Source: an uncultured Candidatus Saccharibacteria bacterium
GTDB taxonomy: Bacteria > Patescibacteriota > Minisyncoccia > UBA6257 > 2-01-FULL-56-20
Reading direction: 5' to 3'
Length of the DNA: 60,852 bases
Assembly (NCBI GenBank): GCA_964484655.1
Contig: CAZAFA010000004.1
Coordinates: forward strand, 1 to 60,852
In this document: positions 7,817 through 19,954 of the stretch, one piece after another
Layout of the letters: every line of letters starts with the position of its first letter
Position numbering within the stretch: position 1 is the stretch's first letter
The notes under the pieces: generated by a model
What the model was told of the DNA's origin: nothing
The model's database searches: none
The model's input: only the letters and a program-made list of their open reading frames with translations
Program-made: the position numbers and the translations under genes

Positions 7817-10237
7817 TCAGCGCCCGGTCTGCGTATCGTTGGTCAGGGTTGGCAAGCTATTTGGCAAGGGTTTCGTTCCCTGTTGGGATACATCTCCTAC
7901 GCACATGTTTGGACCCTGATGAAGCCCAGGGAACTGGATGCTCGCTACCTTCTTCCCTAGCGGGTTGAGCATCCGGTCGCGACAGGAGCTCATGCTGCTG
8001 TCCCTGCCCGGGAAGATGTTCTCGGGACTGTCGGTATGCGTGGCAGCGAAATACACTTCGCGCGAGCCACGCAGCGTGACTCCGCTGTCGCGCGCGTATG
8101 TCGCGTCAGCGAATACGTTATTAGCACTGAGGAGGTAGGTCTTCCCTGCGACATACAAGCCTTCGGTAAGGTCGCTGTCGCGGACAAAGATCGGGAAGGG
8201 CGCCCACCCATTCCTCCAGTGAACGTAGAGCGCATGCTTCGTGTTCCTGGCACTCATGTTCTCGATGCGGATGCCGGACTGCCGTTCGATGGATACGCAC
8301 GCACCTGCCCGTCCATCGACGTTGTTGACGATTCCCTGGACGCCGGTGCAGGTCAGTCCCCTGAACGAGAGGTGCCCGCCGCCGTTGATGACTACGCCTG
8401 CCTGATCGCGCTGCATGCCGCTGATGACTATATCCTCGAGGTTCCAGTTCGAGCTGTTCTGGGTCTTGAACTCCATGCCACGCTGGTTGCCGACGAGGCG
8501 AATATTGCGAGCCGCTACCGAGTCCACTTGCGGCTGGGCGTGACCAAACGTTCCGGTGTCGTGCGTGACATAGAAACCGCGCGTGAATCCAGAAATCTCG
8601 AGGTTGGAGAAGCTATGATCGCTGCTCACGCCGCGATCTCCTGAGATCTCGATAGCAGTGGTATTCTGCGAAAGTGCATTCGCCGCCACCGCGCGGAGGA
8701 CCATGTTGTCTATATGGAGGGATCGTGGCGAAATCGGCATTGACTGCAGGGCGCGCAGCTGGAACAAAGGCCGATTGGTGCCGGTGAACTCTACGATTGC
8801 ACCGTTCTCTCCCTGGATCATGATGCCGGGGCCGAGGGCCAGGGTCCCGCTGACGCGGTAGCGGCCCTCGGGGAAGATGATGATGCTCCGCTGCCATACG
8901 GCAGGATTGTCCCGCAGCGCACGGCGTATGGCCTCCGTGTCATCCGTGATGCCATCTCCCTTCGCGCCATACGCCTTCACGTTGAACCTCGCGTCACGGG
9001 CGATGGTATCGATGCCGGCGAAGCTCAGACTCCCTTTCGCGAATTGAGCGCGCACTGCCGATACGTCGAGGTTGCAGGCACCCGGCTGCCGGTTCAGCCC
9101 CGGGAATCCCTGGCTGGGAACCGCGGTGTACGGATTGCCCGTCGAGAACACGTCGCCGCAGCTATATACCTGCGATCCCGTTCCGGTTCCCGTGAAGCGG
9201 ATGCGGCCGCCCTTCGTCGCTTCCGTGAAGAATCGGTTCCCAAACGTGTAGAGAGTACTCCTTCTCTCTACGGTCCCCATGATCGCCGAGTTATCAAAAT
9301 AGATGGCGTGCGGCGAAGTCTCGGTGATGCGGAATCCTTCCTTCGGTCCCTCGACGTGCGCTTCCATGAAGTAGAGCTCGCCCGACCGCTGTCCTATCTC
9401 CATGCAGCTCTCGGCATTGAAATGCGTAGAGGCGCATGAAAGCTGCAGGAAGGACATACGACCGGCTCGCACTAGATTGACACCGTACTGGCCATGATCC
9501 ATCTCGACGACGTTCAAGTTCTGCACGTCCCAATCCTGCGCGTTCAGGCTGTTCACGTGGAGCGCCACGTGGTTCACATATGTCGAGATATTACGCATCC
9601 GCACCTGCGTAACTGCCGGATTCCGTGAGGAGCGCTTCGGTCCTGCAGCAATGGCATAGGTAAAATTCGTGATGCGTAGATTCTCCAGCTCTATCTCGCT
9701 TGTACGCTGGGAGGAACGGTCATCGCCGAGCCGTATGCCGGTGGTCTGCTCCTCGCGGATCCTCGTAATGTCGGTGCGCGGATACACATTCCATCCTGGC
9801 GTCATCGAGCGAAGCTCGATGTTGCGAATGCGTACGTTGCGCGCTCCCTGCTGCACTTCAAGGAGAGCCTTCCCTTGTGCGTTCAAGCTCCCCTGGGCGC
9901 CTAGTACTAGCATGCACGGCCCCACCTCTCCCGAACCTGATCCCTGAATCGTGATATTCGAGGGAACCACGATCGTATCGGTGACCATGTATTTGCCCGG
10001 TCCGAAGAAGAGCACGCCTCCACCTTGTGCGGAAAGTTTGCTGATACCTGAACGGATCTCCGCCGTAGCATCCACGTACGTATCGATGGTCCTGCCCTTT
10101 ATCTCGATGAGCTGAGCTCCACCATTACCACCTGGGAAGTTGAGCGCATCTGCAAGGTACGGCGCCGCGAGCGCAATGACGCCGGCTACGATCGCTACCG
10201 CGCTAGCAAACGCGGTGATTTTGGGGGAGATCCTCAT
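7817..10237 (-). CDS. Secreted protein with two tandem Pectate_lyase_3-like right-handed beta-helix domains
   Basis: Signal peptide; domain 1 DATAEIRSGI...GGGVLFFGPGKY; domain 2 FNVKAYGAKGDGITDDTEAIRRAL...FPEGRY; internal duplication visible. Confidence 0.75.
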   Translation of the reverse strand: MRISPKITAFASAVAIVAGVIALAAPYLADALNFPGGNGGAQLIEIKGRTIDTYVDATAEIRSGISKLSAQGGGVLFFGPGKYMVTDTIVVPSNITIQGSGSGEVGPCMLVLGAQGSLNAQGKALLEVQQGARNVRIRNIELRSMTPGWNVYPRTDITRIREEQTTGIRLGDDRSSQRTSEIELENLRITNFTYAIAAGPKRSSRNPAVTQVRMRNISTYVNHVALHVNSLNAQDWDVQNLNVVEMDHGQYGVNLVRAGRMSFLQLSCASTHFNAESCMEIGQRSGELYFMEAHVEGPKEGFRITETSPHAIYFDNSAIMGTVERRSTLYTFGNRFFTEATKGGRIRFTGTGTGSQVYSCGDVFSTGNPYTAVPSQGFPGLNRQPGACNLDVSAVRAQFAKGSLSFAGIDTIARDARFNVKAYGAKGDGITDDTEAIRRALRDNPAVWQRSIIIFPEGRYRVSGTLALGPGIMIQGENGAIVEFTGTNRPLFQLRALQSMPISPRSLHIDNMVLRAVAANALSQNTTAIEISGDRGVSSDHSFSNLEISGFTRGFYVTHDTGTFGHAQPQVDSVAARNIRLVGNQRGMEFKTQNSSNWNLEDIVISGMQRDQAGVVINGGGHLSFRGLTCTGVQGIVNNVDGRAGACVSIERQSGIRIENMSARNTKHALYVHWRNGWAPFPIFVRDSDLTEGLYVAGKTYLLSANNVFADATYARDSGVTLRGSREVYFAATHTDSPENIFPGRDSSMSSCRDRMLNPLGKKVASIQFPGLHQGPNMCVGDVSQQGTKPLPNSLPTLTNDTQTGR

Positions 10238-10261
10238 ATCCCCATCATAGCATCTGACCTA

Positions 10262-10855
10262 CTACCCTTCGTATTCCGCCTCTACCTGCTTCCAGTTGAC
10301 CACGTCCCACCACGCCTTCACATAGTCCGCGCGCAGGTGGCGATAGTCGAGGTAGTAGGCGTGCTCCCAGACGTCCAGGCCGAGAATCGGCACGGGGCCG
10401 CCTTCGGATACCGGCGTGTCCTGGTTCGCACTCGTCGCGATCGAGAGGTCGGGCATGAGCCAGGACCAGCCGCTCCCGAACACGCCGAGCGACTTCTCAG
10501 AATACTGGTCGACGAACGCCTGGAAGCTCCCGTACTTCGCGACCAGGTCCGCGCCGAGCTTTCCGCCCGGCTCGCCGCCGCCGTCCGGGGCCATCCACGT
10601 CCAGAAGCGCGAGTGGTTGTAATGGCCGCCGCCCAGGTTGCGGACGGCATTCCGGATGCCGTCCGGCAGTGCCGGCACGCGACGCAGCAGCTCCTCGATT
10701 GGGAGCGCCGCGAGCTCGGGCGCGTCCTTGAGAGCAGCGTTGAGCTTGTCGACGTAGATGCGGTGATGCTTGTCGTGATGGGTCTCCATCACGTCGCGGC
10801 TGAGCGCCTTCTTCAGGTCGTCGTAGCCGTACGGGAGTTCGGGAAGCGCGTGCAT
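10262..10855 (-). CDS. sodA: Superoxide dismutase, probably Mn-type
   Basis: HHDKHH, GGGHYNHSRFW, FGSGW, ANQD and DVWEHAYY. GGH plus NQD are Mn-SOD-type signatures. Confidence 0.93.
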   Translation of the reverse strand: MHALPELPYGYDDLKKALSRDVMETHHDKHHRIYVDKLNAALKDAPELAALPIEELLRRVPALPDGIRNAVRNLGGGHYNHSRFWTWMAPDGGGEPGGKLGADLVAKYGSFQAFVDQYSEKSLGVFGSGWSWLMPDLSIATSANQDTPVSEGGPVPILGLDVWEHAYYLDYRHLRADYVKAWWDVVNWKQVEAEYEG

Positions 10856-10864
10856 GGGACCAGT

Positions 10865-13459
<2,595 letters not shown>

Positions 13460-13522
13460 GGTGCTACACTACCAGATGCCCGGAGGGGCGTCAGCGCAGA
13501 CCTCCCTTGCCGTCTTACAGAC

Positions 13523-14419
13523 ATGCAGTCCCCCCGCATATGGATAGCAGCAGGACTCATCGCCGTTGCGGCGGTCGCCGCAGCGTTCCTCCTTACTCAG
13601 CGCTCCTCGGCTCCCGCGCCCGCTTCGTTCGACGAGTGCGTCCTCGCCGGATACCCGGTCATGGAATCGCACCCCCGGCAGTGCCGCGCAGGCGACGTCA
13701 CCTTCACCGAGACGCTCCCGGCCGAAGGGAACATCAGGCTCACGAGCCCGCGCGCGGACGAGACCGTGGGCCTACCTTTCGTCGCGGAAGGTACAGCGCG
13801 CGTCTTCGAGAACAACGTCAACTGGCGTCTCCGAGACGCGGACGGGACGGTCCTCGCCGAAGGATTCGCCACCGCGACCGGCGACGTCGGCGAATTCGGG
13901 CCCTTCTCGGTCCGGGTCAGCTACCCGCAGCCGCGAGGGACGAGCGGGACCTTCGAGGTCTTCGCGACCTCGGCCGAGGACGGCACGGAGCAGGACCGCG
14001 TCTCCGTGCCGGTGCGCTTCGCCCCGACGCAGAGCCAGGACGTGCGCGTCTTCTTCGGCAGCACCGCACAGGATCCCGGCGCCCTCCGCTGCGATGTCGC
14101 CTACCCGGTCACGCGCCGGATAGCGCGCACGGACGCTCCGGCGCGCGCGGCGATCGAGGAGCTGCTCGCCGGGCCGACCGCGCGCGAATCCCGCGAGGGG
14201 TATACGACCAGCATCCCCGCCGGGGTCACGGTCCGCGCCCTGACGATCCGCGACGGGCTCGCGCGCATCGACTTCTCCGAGGAGCTGCGCGCCGCAGCCG
14301 GCGGATCGTGCCGCGTCAACGCCGTCAGAGCTCAGATCGAGCGGACGCTCCTGCAGTTCCCGACGGTCTCGCGCGTCGAGATCCTCGTCGGCGGGCAGCC
14401 CGACGTGCTCGAGCCCTGA
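13523..14419 (+). CDS. Membrane-anchored Gmad2 Ig-like plus GerMN domain protein
   Basis: N-terminal TM; SFDECVLAGYPVMESHPRQC; GTARVFENNV (Gmad2-like); AIEELLAGPT...ARIDFS...CRVNAVRAQIERTLLQFPTV (GerMN). Confidence 0.75.
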   Translation: MQSPRIWIAAGLIAVAAVAAAFLLTQRSSAPAPASFDECVLAGYPVMESHPRQCRAGDVTFTETLPAEGNIRLTSPRADETVGLPFVAEGTARVFENNVNWRLRDADGTVLAEGFATATGDVGEFGPFSVRVSYPQPRGTSGTFEVFATSAEDGTEQDRVSVPVRFAPTQSQDVRVFFGSTAQDPGALRCDVAYPVTRRIARTDAPARAAIEELLAGPTARESREGYTTSIPAGVTVRALTIRDGLARIDFSEELRAAAGGSCRVNAVRAQIERTLLQFPTVSRVEILVGGQPDVLEP

Positions 14420-14438
14420 CCTCTGATAGACTGAGGGC

Positions 14439-15476
14439 ATGCTGCAGGAGCACCTCACGGAGACCATCCGGCGGACGATGCCCTCGGTCGTGTCCATCCT
14501 GCTGACCGAGCACCTCGCCGCGATCAGAGCGAAGCATCATCCGGCGGCCTATCCCTTCTTCCCGAAGCACCAGCGCGAGCTCCAGGAGAAGCTCGCCCAG
14601 GACCGCCCGGCGTACAGCGGCGGCGGATCAGGATTCGTCGTCCACGCGTCCGGCCTGATCGTCACCAACAAGCACGTCGTCTCCGATCCCGACCTCGACT
14701 ACACGGTCGTCACCACCGACGGCCGCCACTTCCCCGCGGAGCTGATCACCACGGACCCGCTGACGGACGTCGCGATCCTCAAGGTCGAGACGGACGGGCT
14801 CGAGCCCGTCGCCTTCGGCGACCTGTCCGAGGTCGAGCTCGGCACCTGCGTCCTCGCCATAGGCAACGCGCTAGGCGTGTTCAAGAACACCGTCTCGTTC
14901 GGCATCGTCTCAGGCCTCTCGCGCGCGGTCTCTTCGCCGAGCGGCGCGGGCCCCACTCACGAGTTGCGCGGCCTCATCCAGACCGACGCCGCCATCAATC
15001 CCGGGAACTCGGGCGGCCCGCTCGTCACACTCGACGGCCGCGTCATCGGCATCAACGCCGCGCTCATCTCAGGCGCCCAGAACATCTCACTCGCGATCCC
15101 GATCTCGGCCGTCATGCGCGACCTCGACGACCTCCGGACGTACGGGCATATCCGCCGCCCCTATCTCGGCCTCCGGTACGTCATCGTCGGCGAGAGCTTC
15201 TGCAGGCAGCTGGGCGCCGACGCAGTCTCGGCGGCCTACGTCACCGGCGAGACGCCGCACGAACGCGGCGTCCTGCCCGCGAGTCCCGCATCGAAGGCAG
15301 GCCTGCAGGACGGCGACCTCATAATCGCGTGCGACAGCCGGCCCATAACCGAGGAGCACACCTTCCAGGACGTGCTCGAGGCCGCGCAGGTCGGCCAGAC
15401 CCTCGAGCTGACCGTCTGCCGCGACGGCAAGGCGCGCGTGACCTTCGTCACGCTCGAGGAGCGGCCTGCCGCCTAG
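14439..15476 (+). CDS. htrA: HtrA/DegP-family serine protease with one PDZ domain
   Basis: Catalytic triad in TNKHVV, DVAIL and QTDAAINPGNSGGP; C-terminal PDZ (SPASKAGLQDGDLI). Confidence 0.9.
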   Translation: MLQEHLTETIRRTMPSVVSILLTEHLAAIRAKHHPAAYPFFPKHQRELQEKLAQDRPAYSGGGSGFVVHASGLIVTNKHVVSDPDLDYTVVTTDGRHFPAELITTDPLTDVAILKVETDGLEPVAFGDLSEVELGTCVLAIGNALGVFKNTVSFGIVSGLSRAVSSPSGAGPTHELRGLIQTDAAINPGNSGGPLVTLDGRVIGINAALISGAQNISLAIPISAVMRDLDDLRTYGHIRRPYLGLRYVIVGESFCRQLGADAVSAAYVTGETPHERGVLPASPASKAGLQDGDLIIACDSRPITEEHTFQDVLEAAQVGQTLELTVCRDGKARVTFVTLEERPAA

Positions 15477-16492
15477 TACAGGTACCAGTCCACGAGCTTC
15501 CCGTTGGCGTCCAGGAGCAGGACGCGGTCGTGGAGCGGATCGAGGAACCGGTTGCCGGACCAGATGTTCCACACGTTGGTGAAGAACCGCGCGTCGTTCT
15601 GCCGCGTCTTCACGCAGCCGTCGTAGTTGAGGTTCGCCACGAAGCTCCGGCACGCGGCGTCGCTCTCCGGGATACGGCTGTCGTACGGGTCGCCTGCCTG
15701 GCAGGTCTTCAGCTTGAGGATGTAGTCCTGGCAGGCGCCGGAGAAGGTCGCGATCTCGCTCTTCGCCGGACGGACGCAGGTTCCCGAGAGCTTCGGCACG
15801 AAATCGTACTGGGTGGAGAGGTAGCCCATGCAGCTGTTCCCCATGAAGTTGGCACGCACGGCCGACGCGCCGGAATAGATGTTCGCCGACTGCCCGTTCG
15901 CGAGCGTCACGTTGGTCAGTTGCGAGCCTGCGGTCCGGTACACCTTCGCGGCGCGCTGGATCACGTACGCGCCCTGGTTCGCCTGGACGCGCCAGCCGGT
16001 GATGTTCACCGGGCTGTCTCCGCTGCCTATGTTCTCCGCGAGCACGACCGTGTCGGCGTTCGTCGCGGCTGCGTTGCCCTGGTACCGGCGCACGCTGCTG
16101 ATGCGCACGCGGCGGAACTGGCCGGAGAGGTCGCGCGCGGAGTAGCCAGCGGGGATGTCCTTCGGGGTGCTCGAGAAGACGCTGCCGAAGAATCCGCCCG
16201 ACGACTGGCCGGCGCTCGTCCCCTGTCCCGTGACGTTCGGGGTCTGATCCGGATCGGCGACGCCGCCGCTTCCCGGCTCGAGCACGCCGGTATTCCCGTG
16301 CGCCTGGCAGAGCGGGCAGTCCTCAGGGTTCACGTACACCGTGGTCTGCGACGAGGTGACGATGGCGCTGGAGAACTCGCCCGACTCGGCGCGCATGCCG
16401 AACATGTACCTGATCAGCAGGCCGAAGACGACGAGCACGACGACGACGCCTGCGACGATCAGCGCGGTCACCCAGCGGGATTCGCCGAACAT
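15473..16492 (-). CDS. Membrane-anchored Cys-rich protein with a lamin-tail-like beta domain
   Basis: N-terminal TM; PVNITGWRV and C-terminal VLLLDANGKLVDWYLY resemble LTD motifs; several Cys pairs. Confidence 0.6.
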   Translation of the reverse strand: MFGESRWVTALIVAGVVVVLVVFGLLIRYMFGMRAESGEFSSAIVTSSQTTVYVNPEDCPLCQAHGNTGVLEPGSGGVADPDQTPNVTGQGTSAGQSSGGFFGSVFSSTPKDIPAGYSARDLSGQFRRVRISSVRRYQGNAAATNADTVVLAENIGSGDSPVNITGWRVQANQGAYVIQRAAKVYRTAGSQLTNVTLANGQSANIYSGASAVRANFMGNSCMGYLSTQYDFVPKLSGTCVRPAKSEIATFSGACQDYILKLKTCQAGDPYDSRIPESDAACRSFVANLNYDGCVKTRQNDARFFTNVWNIWSGNRFLDPLHDRVLLLDANGKLVDWYLY

Positions 16493-16499
16493 GTCCTAA

Positions 16500-18932
16500 T
16501 TAAAGCACGAAATTGATTATCCGGCCGGGGACGTACACGACTCGCCTCGGCTCCGCCGTCAGGAACGCCCGGACCTTCTCGGAAGCCCGCGCCGCCTGCT
16601 CCACCGCCTCCTGACCCGCATCCGCCGCCACGGCGATCTCGTCCCGGGTCCGCCCTGAGACCTGGACCGCGATGCGGACCAGGTCCTCGGCTACCTCAGA
16701 AGCTCCGATCTCGGGCCAGGCGCTCAGATGGATCGAGCCCTCGTGCCCGAGCCGGCGCCAGAGCTCCTCGGCGAGGTGCGGCGCGAACGGCGCGAGGGCC
16801 TTCAGGAAGATCTCCCATGCATCCTGCGGGATGCGCTCCGCCTTCGCGGCCTCGTTGCTCCAGATCATGAGCGCCGACACCGCGGTGTTGAATCCCATGT
16901 CCTCGATGTCATCGCTGACCTTCTTCGCCGCCTTCTTCGCGCCGCGAAGCAGGGACTCGTCGGCAGCGTCCTCTGAGACCTTTCCGGCGAGCGAGAATAC
17001 GCGGCCGAGGAACCGGTACACGCCCTCGATGCTCTGCGGGTCCCACGGGATCGCCTGGTCGAACGGGCCCATGAACATCTCGTACGCGCGCAGCGTGTCC
17101 GCTCCGTGGCTCGCGACGACGCTGTCGGGATTGATGACGTTGCCCTTCGACTTGCTCATCTTCTTGCCGCCGGGCCCGAGGATCATCCCCTGCGCCGTGC
17201 GCTTCCGGTACGGCTCCGCGACGGGCACCAGGCCCTGGTCGAAGAGGAAGCGGTTCCAGAAGCGCGAATACAGCAGGTGGAGCGTCACGTGCTCCATGCC
17301 GCCGTTGTACCAGTCCACGGGCATCCACGCCTTCATCTTCTGCATGTCCGCGAACTCGGTGTCGTTCCGCGGATCCGTGTAGCGCAGGAAGTACCAGGAA
17401 GAGCCGGCCCAGTTCGGCATGACGTCGGTCTCGCGGCGCGCGTCGCCGCCGCAGACGGGGCATGCCACGCGGATCCAGTCCTCCGCGGCCGCGAGCGGCG
17501 ACTCGCCGTCCGGGCCCGGCCGGAACTCGGCGACGGCTGGCAGGGTGACCGGCAGCTGGTCCTCCGGCACCGGCACCCAGCCGTCCTTCTCGCAGAAGAT
17601 CATGGGAATCGGCTCGCCCCAGTACCGCTGGCGCGAGAAGATCCAGTCTCGGAGATGGTACGCGACCGTGCGCTTCCCCCACCCGTTGCGCTCGATGTGC
17701 TCCGCGATCAGGCCGGTCGCCTCATGGATGTCCTTCCCGTCCAGGAAGCCCGAATTGACCATCACCCCCTGTTCCTCCTGCACCTGGGCTATGTCCGTGA
17801 TCGGTCCCGCGTCACCGTCCGCGCCGACGACCACGCGCCTGACCTCGAGGCCGAACGCCTGCGCGAACTCGAAGTCGCGCCGGTCATGGCCCGGGACGCC
17901 GACGAGCGCGCCGGTCCCGACGCTGTCGAGGACGAAGTCGCTCACGTAGATTGGCATGCGGTAGCCGGTGAGGTGGTTGACCGCGTACGCGCCCGTGAAC
18001 GCGCCGGTCTTCACGGTGCCCTGCTGGCGGTCCTGCTCCGCGGCACGCGCCTTCGCCTCGACGACGTAGCGCGCGACCTCCTCGGCCCGCTCGGGAGCGG
18101 CGATCTCCTGCGCCAGCGGATTACTCGGCGCCAGCGCGACGAAGGTGGCCCCGAAGTTCGTGTCCGGCCGCGTCGTGAACACGGTCACCGTCCTGTCCGT
18201 GCCCTCGATCGGATACGTGATCTCGATACCCTCCTTGCGGCCGATCCAGTTCTCCTGCTGCGCCTTGATAGACGGCAGGAACTCGGTCTCCGCGAGGCCC
18301 TCGAGGAGCTTGTCCGCGTACGCGGTGATGCGGATCATCCACTGCTCCTTCTCGCGCTGCTCCACTGCGGCGCCGCACCGCTCGCAGTGCCCGCCGATCA
18401 CCTCCTCGTTCGCGAGGCCGATCTTGTCCACGGGGCACCAGTTGATGGCAGCCTTGTCCTTGTACGCCAGCCCTGCCTTGAAGAACTGGAGGAACATCCA
18501 CTGCGTCCACCGGTAGTACGCGGGATCGGTGGTGTTCACCTCGCGGGACCAGTCGAAGGAGAAGCCGATCTTCCGGAGCTGGCTGCGGAAGGTGTCGGAG
18601 TTCTGCTTCGTCGCGACGTCAGGAGGCGTGCCCGTCTTGATCGCATAGTTCTCCGTCGGCAGGCCGAACGCGTCCCAGCCCATCGGGAAGAGGACGCGGT
18701 AGCCCTGCATGCGCCGCTTGCGCGCGATGATGTCCATCGCGGTGTAGCTGCGCACGTGGCCCACGTGGAGCCCGTCGCCTGACGGGTACGGGAACTCGAC
18801 CAGGGCGTAGTACTTCGGGGCGTCGCCCTCGTCCGTGGCGGCGTAGGTGCCCTCGACGACCCAGGCGTCCTGCCAGCGCTTCTCGAAATCCGCAGGGCGG
18901 TACCGTGCGGGCTTGTCCGGGGAATCAGGCAT
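16500..18932 (-). CDS. leuS: Leucyl-tRNA synthetase
   Basis: FPYPSGDGLHVGH, GWDAFGLP, editing-domain TTRPDT, SRQRYWG, KMSKS. Start 18932 preferred because the 18944 ATG overlaps a TACAAT -10 box. Confidence 0.98.
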   Translation of the reverse strand: MPDSPDKPARYRPADFEKRWQDAWVVEGTYAATDEGDAPKYYALVEFPYPSGDGLHVGHVRSYTAMDIIARKRRMQGYRVLFPMGWDAFGLPTENYAIKTGTPPDVATKQNSDTFRSQLRKIGFSFDWSREVNTTDPAYYRWTQWMFLQFFKAGLAYKDKAAINWCPVDKIGLANEEVIGGHCERCGAAVEQREKEQWMIRITAYADKLLEGLAETEFLPSIKAQQENWIGRKEGIEITYPIEGTDRTVTVFTTRPDTNFGATFVALAPSNPLAQEIAAPERAEEVARYVVEAKARAAEQDRQQGTVKTGAFTGAYAVNHLTGYRMPIYVSDFVLDSVGTGALVGVPGHDRRDFEFAQAFGLEVRRVVVGADGDAGPITDIAQVQEEQGVMVNSGFLDGKDIHEATGLIAEHIERNGWGKRTVAYHLRDWIFSRQRYWGEPIPMIFCEKDGWVPVPEDQLPVTLPAVAEFRPGPDGESPLAAAEDWIRVACPVCGGDARRETDVMPNWAGSSWYFLRYTDPRNDTEFADMQKMKAWMPVDWYNGGMEHVTLHLLYSRFWNRFLFDQGLVPVAEPYRKRTAQGMILGPGGKKMSKSKGNVINPDSVVASHGADTLRAYEMFMGPFDQAIPWDPQSIEGVYRFLGRVFSLAGKVSEDAADESLLRGAKKAAKKVSDDIEDMGFNTAVSALMIWSNEAAKAERIPQDAWEIFLKALAPFAPHLAEELWRRLGHEGSIHLSAWPEIGASEVAEDLVRIAVQVSGRTRDEIAVAADAGQEAVEQAARASEKVRAFLTAEPRRVVYVPGRIINFVL

Positions 18933-18974
18933 CGTAAAGGGCATTGTACGCGCTTTCCTGCGGGAGCACAGCTA

Positions 18975-19002
18975 TTGACCGCTCCCACCGAGGTGGTTTA
19001 AT
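18975..19002 (+). promoter_or_regulatory. Sigma70-type promoter for the 19082 gene
   Basis: TTGACC-16 nt-TTTAAT with a TGn extension. Confidence 0.5.
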
Positions 19003-19081
19003 TGACCTTACGGGAGCAATCCCCTCGGCACGAGGTCCCCCTTGGCCGAATCTTAAAAACAGAATACGGAGATAGAATATT

Positions 19082-19903
19082 ATGAATCATCAAACGTCCG
19101 GTACCGACAACCCCTTGGCTGCTTCGCTGCGCGCGTCCGCGCAAGCGGGCGTGAAATCGCTGCGTAAGCGGCTCGCCGGAACCGGAACCCTAATGACGCC
19201 AGCTATGTGCGTGCAGGCGATTCTCGCCTACGCGCTCTTCCTGCAACGCCTTGACCGTCTCTTCGGCATCATCAAGGAAGCTGCCGGCTCGACGACCGCC
19301 GTGCTCAACATCGAGACGGTCCGGCAGATCGAGCTGGGCTACACCAGCGGCGGGAAGTCGCATGCCGAGCTGTTCGCGGAAGCGGCAGCGCCCTTCTACG
19401 AGGACCAGATCCACATCAGCGAGGAACCCGAGCGGATCCCCGTGGATGCGGAAGGCATGCGCGAGCACGCCTTGAAGTCATTCGAGCGCGCGACGTCCCA
19501 GGACGTCCTCTCGCCCGAATACTGGCGCAACATCGAGCTTCTGCTGAAGTCCGCTTCGCACAAGCCCGAGATAGCCCTGGTCGCCTACTACTTCGTGTAC
19601 TACTGGTACACGCAGGAAGGCAAGGAACGCCTGGCAGACCAGTTCCGCCAGCTCGGCTACGAGCCGGAGTTCATGCGCTACTTCGCGGCTAACGACCCCA
19701 AGGACCTCGACCGGTGCCTCGACCTCCTCATGGAAGCCTTCCTGAGCGAGACCGAGCACCCGGGCTCGCGGTTCAACCCGGTCAGCATCCAGCGTGTCAT
19801 CACGCTGACGGAGAAGTTCATCGCGAACATCTTCGTCAACGCGCCGACCGCCGCCTATAGCGCCGTTGCGACCCAGGCACTCGCCCACTCCGCCGCCGCC
19901 TAG
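19082..19903 (+). CDS. Heme-oxygenase-like helical bundle protein (PqqC/CADD/TenA-like), degenerate metal site
   Basis: IELGYTSGGKSHAELF resembles the E-x-G...H-x-x-LF motif; all-helical; GGAG upstream. Confidence 0.55.
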   Translation: MNHQTSGTDNPLAASLRASAQAGVKSLRKRLAGTGTLMTPAMCVQAILAYALFLQRLDRLFGIIKEAAGSTTAVLNIETVRQIELGYTSGGKSHAELFAEAAAPFYEDQIHISEEPERIPVDAEGMREHALKSFERATSQDVLSPEYWRNIELLLKSASHKPEIALVAYYFVYYWYTQEGKERLADQFRQLGYEPEFMRYFAANDPKDLDRCLDLLMEAFLSETEHPGSRFNPVSIQRVITLTEKFIANIFVNAPTAAYSAVATQALAHSAAA

Positions 19904-19921
19904 CGGCCGGAACGCGAAAGG

Positions 19922-19954
19922 AAACGACGAGGCCCCTCCCGGGGCCTCGTTTTT
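19922..19954. terminator. Bidirectional intrinsic terminator
   Basis: ACGAGGCCCC-TCCC-GGGGCCTCGT followed by TTTT and preceded by AAA; lies between convergent genes. Confidence 0.8.

Noticed and set aside
4240-10240. Prophage or integrative island at tRNA-Ala/tRNA-Ser
   Set aside because: No integrase, transposase or phage structural gene, and no duplicated tRNA 3' end (att site) was seen.
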